Positions 8,366 to 15,757 of a stretch of DNA of 37,977 nt are shown in pieces. Both the position numbers and the translations under genes were made by a program. The stretch spans positions 1 through 37,977 of the forward strand of contig CAZZCD010000001.1 of the NCBI GenBank assembly GCA_964652735.1, written 5' to 3'. How positions within the stretch are numbered: position 1 is the first letter of the stretch; each line of letters begins with the position of its first letter. A model generated the notes under the pieces. The model worked only from the letters and a program-made list of their open reading frames with translations. It was not told the DNA's origin and ran no database searches. Source of the stretch: Candidatus Woesearchaeota archaeon (GTDB taxonomy: Archaea > Nanobdellota > Nanobdellia > Pacearchaeales > GW2011-AR1).

Positions 8366-9103
8366 ATGGCAATAATTGAAACAAGCGAGGAGGTTATAGA
8401 GTATTTAAAAAAATCAGGAAAACCATTCAATCAAGAACCTCCTCATGGATTTAAAAAAGGTTTTACTTATGTTCGTTCTATAAAGCTTTATGTTAAAGAA
8501 GAAAGTCATTTAGAAGAAAATTGTGATAAAGCTAATAAAACACTTTTAGGAAAAAAGTTAAGAATGTTAAAAATCCCAGAATTTATACATTTTTTTAATC
8601 ATGTAAAAATATATAACAAAAAGGTCTATAATAATATAACTCGGGTAAGAAGAGAACATCCGTGGAGGATTGAATTGCTTGATGCTTATTTTATAAAAAG
8701 AAAAGATGATCTTTATATTTCAACTGAAAATAGAACAAATACTGAGAAACTTGAAAATGCTTTAATGGAAGACCGGCAGGCACCTGGAATTTCTCTTAAA
8801 TCGTGGTTAGAAAATCCAAATTCACAAGGATTACCAAGACCAAATATTAAAAGACCAGATACTAAAAAAGACAATTTAGGTTACATACATCCAAAAAATA
8901 ATAGGGTTGCTGGTTTCGAGGTGATTCCCAATCCTAAGCGTATTATCTTAGACTGCGATTTGAATCCATCTACCACAAGTACAGATCCTGTTTTTGTTGT
9001 ACGTGGCTGTTTTAGTTTAGAACCCAGAAAAAATAATCACCCCAACCATCTGATTTTTCCTGGGCGTGGCTCAAACGCAATCCCTTCTTCAAGAAATTTT
9101 TGA
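8366..9103 (+). CDS. hypothetical protein (orphan); 3' end overlaps the convergent gene
   Basis: 245-aa ORF with an ATG start and a TATA box at about -25. The last 67 nt run antisense to the C-terminus of the OB-fold gene. No confident motif. Confidence 0.45.
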   Translation: MAIIETSEEVIEYLKKSGKPFNQEPPHGFKKGFTYVRSIKLYVKEESHLEENCDKANKTLLGKKLRMLKIPEFIHFFNHVKIYNKKVYNNITRVRREHPWRIELLDAYFIKRKDDLYISTENRTNTEKLENALMEDRQAPGISLKSWLENPNSQGLPRPNIKRPDTKKDNLGYIHPKNNRVAGFEVIPNPKRIILDCDLNPSTTSTDPVFVVRGCFSLEPRKNNHPNHLIFPGRGSNAIPSSRNF

Positions 9104-9675
9104 ATTTCTTGATTGATTATTGTTTGAGGAGTTTCAGGGAATTTTTGAGTGATTTCATTTATTTCAATTCCATTGTTTTCTTCAGAGTTTTTTATCAGTT
9201 CGAGAATCTTATCTTTAATTGCAACAATTTGTTCTTTTTCAACTGGTTTTGCATTAATGATTCTGTCCTTTTCTGTTTCAAATTTTCTTACAAGAAGATA
9301 TTTTGGGTCCATTTCTCTTATAATCTCAGGAGAAATATATAGTTCATTATTCCAGTGTCTTAAGACACCAATAACAACAACTGTTTGCCCCTGAACAATA
9401 TCTTTAAATTTCTCATAATCATCACCAAAAATTTTAAGCCTTATCTGACCAGATCCATCATCCAGAGTTAGAAATGCATATTTTCTTCCTGAATCTCCTC
9501 CAGCACTTTCATATCTATCTACGATATTTCCCAAGACATTAATCCTAACTATTTTTTTATCTCCTAATTCAAGAAAAGAAAATCGTTCTTCATTCACTAC
9601 TGGCTTGCCTATTAAAATATCACCTATTCTAAGTTTATATGCAATGTGTCTTTTGAATTGTTGTTCTTCTGGCAT
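9037..9675 (-). CDS. OB-fold plus C-terminal winged-helix protein (RPA32/Stn1-like ssDNA-binding subunit)
   Basis: VRINVLGNIVDRY...YAFLTLDDGSGQIRLKIFGDD...GQTVVVIGVLRHWNNELYISPEII is the RPA2-type OB pattern. The helical tail ...IEINEITQKF...EIQKFLEEGIAFEPRPGKI looks like a winged helix. The gene starts 5 nt after the mcm stop. Confidence 0.6.
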   Translation of the reverse strand: MPEEQQFKRHIAYKLRIGDILIGKPVVNEERFSFLELGDKKIVRINVLGNIVDRYESAGGDSGRKYAFLTLDDGSGQIRLKIFGDDYEKFKDIVQGQTVVVIGVLRHWNNELYISPEIIREMDPKYLLVRKFETEKDRIINAKPVEKEQIVAIKDKILELIKNSEENNGIEINEITQKFPETPQTIINQEIQKFLEEGIAFEPRPGKIRWLG

Positions 9676-9680
9676 TTTAA

Positions 9681-12600
9681 TTATGTTCTCCCAACATATC
9701 CTTTTCTTGGTTTGAAAATAACCCCGCTTATGTCAAGCTTTGTTATAGCCTCATCAATTTCATCTTTAGTAAGTTTTCCTTCAAGCTCTTTTTCTATCTC
9801 TTCTATAGGAATCATTTTCCCTAACTTATTTTCAAGATTTGTTATAGTATCTCTTACAAGGAAAACTTTGTTTCTCTGAGAAGCAGGCATGCCACCTGTT
9901 CCCCTGTCAATATCAAATGTTTTGGATTCATAATCATAACCTACCTGGGTTAAATAATATTTCATTATTTCTATTGCTCTTTTTGAATCTTCCATTGTTA
10001 CTTTTTCACTAAGCCTCATCTTTGCAGAAGCTTCTGACATTCTTATCAGAGCCTGAAGCTGCCTTGCAGAAATCGGAATAGGTCTTAAAACACCTTCAGA
10101 AGAAACAGGCATATTTCTTAGTTCAACATAAAATTTTTTTATTTCTTCGACAGCATCATCAGTCAGTACGGGTTTTATTCTTTGTTTTGCATAAGCAATA
10201 TATTTTCTAAAAAGCTCTTTTGGAATTAGCATATCTTCTCCTTCTTTTTGATGTGCATATAAAACATGAATTGCAATAAGTTCATCTTTTTTTCTGTCTG
10301 GAAGATCCCTTAAAGGAAAAATTACATCAAACCTATTAATAAGTGTAGGAGGTAAATCAATCTGCTGTGCGATTGGCTGGTAAGGATCAAATCTTCCAAA
10401 TTTTGGATTTGCTGCAGCAAGCACAGAAGTTTCAGCTCTTAGTGTATTACCTTGTATAGCTATTTTTCCATTCCTTCTTGTAACAAAGAATCCAGTATCA
10501 GTTGAAAAACAAAACACTTTTCCATTGTAATTTATTTTTTTTATTGAACTTCTTTTCATTTCTAATTCTTTTTTGTTAGAGATAGAAACTCTATACGCTG
10601 TTTTTCTTTTTCCTCTTGTTCCTTCCTTATAATGTATGTGTTGAGAAGCAGATTTCCCTGTTAAATGGGTTATTATCTGAAATTCATCTATTAATTCTTT
10701 TGAAATACACGAAAAATATTTTCCATCTGATGAGCCATCTCCAAGCATCATAGCATTGTATAAGGTTTTTAGCTGTTTTTTTGATAGTAATGAAAAATTT
10801 ATACTGAGATTTTTGAAATAACTTTTTTCTCCACATTTTCTTAGAAATTTATAAAGCTGTGTTTGAGTTATTTTAAATCTTACATATTGTTTGCAATCAA
10901 TTTCAGATAGAGAGCACCCCAAGGTTTGGGTTAATTTTTTGAGACATTTTTTTATTTTATTTGCTTTAGAACCTTTTTTTTGAACTATCCCTATTGTTGG
11001 GGCAGTTTCTATTCCCCCCTCTGTTACATAATATCCTAAAAATTCTAACCAAAGATCCATAGGGATTTTTTTATCCATATGTTGGTGAGTATATTTAATG
11101 TGTTTTCTTTTTTGTTTGTGTTTTATTGCAGGAAGAATAAAATATTTTTGTTCTTTTCCAGAATATTCTCCAGAATTAAGTATTTTTATTCTGTGTGAAG
11201 TTATATTTTCCGCATTTATCTTTTCATACTTTTTCCCTTTTTCCCTTTTTAGAAGCATTGTGTGATTGGGAGTGACTAAGATATCATTTCTTCTATTTTT
11301 AAAATGATACATTTTTCCTTTATAATCATAAACATAAAGTCCTTTATGGGGTAAAAATTTAATTGTTTTGTCTAATGGATTATATTGGGCAATTTTTTCA
11401 TTTTTAACTTCATAATATTTTTTCCAACCTTTTTCTGTGAGAACCATGGTGTCTTTGGAATAACATGCTTGAACATTAGCCTTGCTGATTGTTATTGTTT
11501 GTTGTTCCATTGCCTCATGCATAGCGCTTCTGTCACTTGGATCCATTTTTTCAAGCTCATCTATACACACAAGTCCTTTATTTGCAAGAACCATGGCCCC
11601 TGCTTCAAGAGACCAGCCACGTAGGTATTCATCACGCATAACTGTGGCGGTCAATCCTGCTCCTGAGGCAGATTTTCCTACAACATATCTTCCTTTTGGA
11701 GAGATTCTTGACATAAAAACAAGAGTTGCTGACTTTGCAACACCAGGATCTCCTATAAGAAGAATATGTAAATCACCACGACTTTTCTGTCCGTCTGCAT
11801 GAACTTTTGCAACTCCTCCAAACAACTGCAGGACAAGAGATTGTTTTATCTCAGTATAACCCCATACACTTGGGATAATACTTTTTGTCAGTTTTTCAAA
11901 TATTCCTGGGTCTTGTGAAAGTTCAAGTATTTGTCTTTCATCCTCCTCGTTTATATCAAGCTCTTCAAAAGTTTCTTCCATAGGAATTATATTATTGGCT
12001 TCAAGCGCAAGCTCAAACCGTGTTGATAATCCCCCAGAATGAAGAGGAACAGGAACTTCTTTTAAAATCCCAATAGATTTAACCCTGCTTCCAGGTGTTG
12101 TTTTTTCTTCCATTTTTGGCTCAACAAGATCTTCATTAAGGAAAACATTTATTCTTTTTGGCTGTTCTCCCCCTGATAAAGATTCAGGAGCTTCTTCAAT
12201 CACAAGTCTTTGAGTATCAACCATCTCTTTACTAATAAGTCTGAAGCTACCCCTTCTTCCACAAGAACATCTGGCAGGTTCACGGAACTTTTTTTCTATT
12301 TGCAAAACAGAAATAACAGTGCCACACGAAGGACATTCAAATTTTGCATTTATAACCTGAGGCCGTACATCTGATGCCTGCCTTACAATACCTTCAATGA
12401 TAATCATTTCATTAAGATCTTTTGAACGAATGTTTCTTACTTTTATCTCCTGGCTTTTTGGAAGATTCACAAGGCGAACTCTTAAATTGGTTATAAGACC
12501 TGTTTCTTCAATAGCCAACTCAACTATTCCCAAGGCTTCTTCAGGATTTATAAGTATTTCTTCAGCAAGTTTGTTTGAGAATTCTGTAAGTTTTGTGAAG

Positions 12601-12731
12601 TCGAGGTGTATTACATTTTTTCCTTTTCTGATAGACTCACCAATTTCTTTTTTATGAAACTCAAAGAAATTTTTTGCCTCAATCATTAATTCCTCATTTT
12701 TTGATTTGTTTGTCTGAACTTGCTCATCCAT
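9681..12731 (-). CDS. mcm: MCM replicative helicase, interrupted by an intein (1016 aa precursor, 676 aa after splicing)
   Basis: Zinc motif CPSCG...CSCG, Walker A LLIGDPGVAKS, Walker B GLVCIDELEKM, then QTITISKANVQA | intein | TLRAETSVLAAANP (arginine-finger region). Confidence 0.95.
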   Translation of the reverse strand: MDEQVQTNKSKNEELMIEAKNFFEFHKKEIGESIRKGKNVIHLDFTKLTEFSNKLAEEILINPEEALGIVELAIEETGLITNLRVRLVNLPKSQEIKVRNIRSKDLNEMIIIEGIVRQASDVRPQVINAKFECPSCGTVISVLQIEKKFREPARCSCGRRGSFRLISKEMVDTQRLVIEEAPESLSGGEQPKRINVFLNEDLVEPKMEEKTTPGSRVKSIGILKEVPVPLHSGGLSTRFELALEANNIIPMEETFEELDINEEDERQILELSQDPGIFEKLTKSIIPSVWGYTEIKQSLVLQLFGGVAKVHADGQKSRGDLHILLIGDPGVAKSATLVFMSRISPKGRYVVGKSASGAGLTATVMRDEYLRGWSLEAGAMVLANKGLVCIDELEKMDPSDRSAMHEAMEQQTITISKANVQACYSKDTMVLTEKGWKKYYEVKNEKIAQYNPLDKTIKFLPHKGLYVYDYKGKMYHFKNRRNDILVTPNHTMLLKREKGKKYEKINAENITSHRIKILNSGEYSGKEQKYFILPAIKHKQKRKHIKYTHQHMDKKIPMDLWLEFLGYYVTEGGIETAPTIGIVQKKGSKANKIKKCLKKLTQTLGCSLSEIDCKQYVRFKITQTQLYKFLRKCGEKSYFKNLSINFSLLSKKQLKTLYNAMMLGDGSSDGKYFSCISKELIDEFQIITHLTGKSASQHIHYKEGTRGKRKTAYRVSISNKKELEMKRSSIKKINYNGKVFCFSTDTGFFVTRRNGKIAIQGNTLRAETSVLAAANPKFGRFDPYQPIAQQIDLPPTLINRFDVIFPLRDLPDRKKDELIAIHVLYAHQKEGEDMLIPKELFRKYIAYAKQRIKPVLTDDAVEEIKKFYVELRNMPVSSEGVLRPIPISARQLQALIRMSEASAKMRLSEKVTMEDSKRAIEIMKYYLTQVGYDYESKTFDIDRGTGGMPASQRNKVFLVRDTITNLENKLGKMIPIEEIEKELEGKLTKDEIDEAITKLDISGVIFKPRKGYVGRT
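10446..11465 (-). mobile_element. MCM intein with LAGLIDADG homing-endonuclease domain (aa 423-762, 340 aa)
   Basis: The intein starts CYSKDTMVL (Cys1 codon at 11463-11465). Block B is VTPNH. LAGLIDADG motifs are LEFLGYYVTEGG and LYNAMMLGDGSS. It ends ...GKIAIQGN followed by Thr+1 (Asn codon at 10446-10448). Confidence 0.85.
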
Positions 12732-13025
12732 TAGTATGAGAGAAGGCTTTAGTTTTTATAGATTTATATAGATTCTAGAGTAGTTTTAGAAAATATAACA
12801 ATTTTTGGGGGGTGAAAGTTAAAGAAAACAGCACCAGAATTGTAAAAATTACAACAAAAACATAAAAACAGCAATATGACATATTGACATACCGGCATAT
12901 ATTTTCAAGAACAATATTGTTTAAATATTGCAAGGAATTAATACAGAAGAAATATAGAAAAAATTAATACAGCAGAGCTAAAGAATTTTAAGATAGTATA
13001 AAAATCTACTAAAAATATTTCAAAA

Positions 13026-14537
13026 ATGGAAGTTAAATTAGCAGGAATTAATGTTCCAATAGGAATTCTGAGTAAGCTGCCCGAATCTGAGAAAGTCAGA
13101 GCTACACCAGAGGTTATTTCAGCAGCCTATGCGCGGATAAGCAGGAGCACTAAAAGCGTTGATGAACTTGTAATGGAATCTATAGAGAATGTTCAAAAGG
13201 CACGAGAGTCTAATGAAGCAATTATTTATGGTATGGGGCATCATTCTATTGCTGATCATGTGATTTTTAACTTAAACATTAAAGGAGTTTCGCGACTTCT
13301 TATTGAAAGCATAGAAAAAAGGCGTCTTGCAGGTTATACTGAAAAATCACAAAGATATGTAACTCTAGATGGGGACTATGTAAGGCCAAAAGAATTTTCT
13401 CCTAAAGATTTAGGAAAATTTGAAAAGCTTATCACCTTACAAAACGAATTTTATTTTAAGGTAAACCCGAGACTTTTAAATCATTTGAAAAAAAAGTTTC
13501 CTGATAATGGAGAAAAATTTTTAGAGAGCAAAGCAAAAGAAGACGCTCGCTTTAGTTTGGGTCTTGCAACAGAAGCCCAGCTTGGATGCTCATATACAGG
13601 TCAGACAGCAGAACTTGCAATTCGTGAGTTGAAATATGGTAGGTTGCAAGAAGAGAGAGAATTTGCCAAACTTCTTTATAATACAATTGTGAAAAAAGCC
13701 CCCTCAATAATTCAATTGACTGACCCTGAATTGTTTTCACAACACAATCCTGGACAAGAATTTAAAGACGACAATTTTAAGTTTACAAAAAGCAACCTTG
13801 AGAGCCTTGTGAAAAAGACTTTTGCTGAGAATCAGGAATTTATAGACTACCATGAAGTTGGGTTAGGGGGTAATTTTAGTTATTATGATAAGGTGACTCT
13901 TGTTAATTCTAATGATATAGACCTAAACATCCTTACAGCAATTTTACATAAAAATTCAAAAAGAGATATTCGGGAATGTTATGCTATATCAACCTTGTTA
14001 ATAGAGAGGGGAAGTGCTCAGGCTTTTATTAAAGAAGCCTTAAAACACATCAGCGAGCATGATAAAGTTCCTAGAGAATTTGAAACTTCTGGGTTAATTT
14101 ATGAGGTTGTTATTAGTGCAAGTGGTTTTGCACAGTTAAAAAGGCATAGAATGAATACTTTGCTTTCACAAGATTATAATCCAGATATAGGTTACACAAT
14201 TCCACAAAGCATTGAAGAGATTGGGGCATCCCGGGGTCTTAAAGGGGTTTGTGATAAAAGTTCAGAACTTTATAAAAAATTTTTATCAAAATACGGTAGA
14301 GCTGCTGAATACTGCCTAACAAATGCACATAGAAGGAGAGTTATTGTCGCAACAAACATGAGACAACTTTATCATATTTCAAGGACGCGCGAAGACAAAC
14401 ACGCGCAATGGGAAATTCGAGACATAGCAAATAAGATGTCAAAGTTAGCTAAGAATATTGCGCCAGCAACAACAATTTTATTAGGAGGAAAGCATGAATT
14501 TAATGAAATAAGAGGGGGATTGTATGAAGACGAATAA
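13026..14537 (+). CDS. thyX: FAD-dependent thymidylate synthase ThyX, double-length tandem-domain form
   Basis: The N-terminal half reads GHHSIADHVIFNLNIKGVSRLLIESIEKRRLAGYTEKSQRYV, a ThyX core with RHR degraded to KRR. The C-terminal half reads ...ASGFAQLKRHRMNTLLSQ ... NMRQLYHISRTREDKHAQWEIRDIA, a canonical RHR and ThyX C-terminal motif. At 503 aa it is about twice the typical length. Confidence 0.7.
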   Translation: MEVKLAGINVPIGILSKLPESEKVRATPEVISAAYARISRSTKSVDELVMESIENVQKARESNEAIIYGMGHHSIADHVIFNLNIKGVSRLLIESIEKRRLAGYTEKSQRYVTLDGDYVRPKEFSPKDLGKFEKLITLQNEFYFKVNPRLLNHLKKKFPDNGEKFLESKAKEDARFSLGLATEAQLGCSYTGQTAELAIRELKYGRLQEEREFAKLLYNTIVKKAPSIIQLTDPELFSQHNPGQEFKDDNFKFTKSNLESLVKKTFAENQEFIDYHEVGLGGNFSYYDKVTLVNSNDIDLNILTAILHKNSKRDIRECYAISTLLIERGSAQAFIKEALKHISEHDKVPREFETSGLIYEVVISASGFAQLKRHRMNTLLSQDYNPDIGYTIPQSIEEIGASRGLKGVCDKSSELYKKFLSKYGRAAEYCLTNAHRRRVIVATNMRQLYHISRTREDKHAQWEIRDIANKMSKLAKNIAPATTILLGGKHEFNEIRGGLYEDE

Positions 14538-14574
14538 ATTTGGACCAAGCATTTCCAAAGCTAAGAAATTTTCC

Positions 14575-15135
14575 TTATTTCTTATAACCCCTTAAAACAG
14601 CCTTAATATTCTTTAAAACCTGGCCCATGCTGTATTCTAGCTGTTGCTTGTTTTTTGTCCCTGTGCATACAAGTTTGCCGTTGCTAAAAAGAAGGAAAGT
14701 TGCATTCGGCTCTATAAGCTTATAGACAAGTCCTGGAAACTGCTCTGGTTCGTATTCTGTGTTTTCCATTTCCAAAGCAAGGAAATTTAGATTGAGTTTA
14801 AGATTTATCATTCCTGAAGCAACTATATTTTGAACAGTAATCTTTGGTTTTGTTGTTATTTTCACATTAATTTTTTTTAGCTGTTTGATTACTGCCTGAA
14901 TTACTTTCTTAACTTGAGCTATTGATTTTGTCCCTGTGCATACAAGATTTCCAGAACTGAAAACAAGAACAGCTGATTTTGGTTCCTTAACTCTAAGAAC
15001 TAAACCAGGAAAAGTCTCTGGATTGTATTCTGTGTTTGGCTGGGTTCTTGCAAGTTTTGTTAATGGTATTAACTTTTCAAGAGAAGTAGTTGCAACAATA
15101 TTCTGTATTTTGTAATTGCTTTTTTCTTTAGTCAT
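14575..15135 (-). CDS. tbp: TATA-box binding protein
   Basis: Two direct repeats: IQNIVATTSL...FPGLVLRVKEPKSAVLVFSSGNLVCTGTKS and VQNIVASGMI...FPGLVYKLIEPNATFLLFSNGKLVCTGTK. Confidence 0.96.
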   Translation of the reverse strand: MTKEKSNYKIQNIVATTSLEKLIPLTKLARTQPNTEYNPETFPGLVLRVKEPKSAVLVFSSGNLVCTGTKSIAQVKKVIQAVIKQLKKINVKITTKPKITVQNIVASGMINLKLNLNFLALEMENTEYEPEQFPGLVYKLIEPNATFLLFSNGKLVCTGTKNKQQLEYSMGQVLKNIKAVLRGYKK

Positions 15136-15139
15136 TCTC

Positions 15140-15178
15140 TTTATAAAGGGAAAAATGTCTTTATAAAGGTTTATAAAT
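15140..15178. promoter_or_regulatory. three palindromic TTTATAAA boxes in the tbp/NUDIX divergent spacer
   Basis: TTTATAAA occurs at 15140-15147, 15160-15167 and 15170-15177. The middle box is 25-32 nt upstream of the tbp start (15135). The third box is embedded in AAAGGTTTATAAAT, a 14-mer also found at 8332-8345. Confidence 0.5.
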
Positions 15179-15241
15179 AGCTCGAGGAGGTTTAAACTGG
15201 AGTATACAAATTCTTATTAAATTATCTTTTTATTTAAGATA

Positions 15242-15757
15242 ATGAAATATGGGACAATGTCTTATCTTCCTTTTGAAGGAGAGGTTTTAATGATAGAAAA
15301 GTTTAAGAGAAAAAATGATCCTAATTCTGGTTTTTTTACTCTTCCTGGCGGAAAATTAGAAGATTCAGAAAAATTAAGTCCTGAAGGTAGACTAGAATCA
15401 GCAATAAGAGAAACAAAAGACGAAACAGGCTTAATATTATTCAAACCCAGATTAAGAGGAGTTATTTTATTTGATAATTCTAAAAGAATTTTTGATGATT
15501 GGCCAAATCCAGAGGATTTTTTAGTTTATCTTTTTACTGCTGTAGATTATAAGGGACAATTAAAAAAGAAAAGTGATGAAGGAATTCCCCGCTGGATTAG
15601 CAAATCCCATATCCCTCATCTTCTAAAAAATGAAGGAGATTTAAAAATTTATGAATGGTTAAAAGACCCTCGTCATTTTGCAGGCGTCATTAATCATAAA
15701 GGAAAAAAATTAGATGAAGAAAATACTTTTGTCAATTATTTTAGTTTAACATATTAA
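15242..15757 (+). CDS. NUDIX hydrolase
   Basis: Nudix box GGKLEDSE...AIRETKDETGL (REx2EExG-like). Confidence 0.8.
   Translation: MKYGTMSYLPFEGEVLMIEKFKRKNDPNSGFFTLPGGKLEDSEKLSPEGRLESAIRETKDETGLILFKPRLRGVILFDNSKRIFDDWPNPEDFLVYLFTAVDYKGQLKKKSDEGIPRWISKSHIPHLLKNEGDLKIYEWLKDPRHFAGVINHKGKKLDEENTFVNYFSLTY

Noticed and set aside
12732-13025. Calling the mcm-thyX spacer a replication origin.
   Set aside because: There is no adjacent orc1/cdc6 gene and no recognisable ORB or mini-ORB element, and I cannot compute skew from one window. It is kept only as a repeat-bearing spacer of unknown function.
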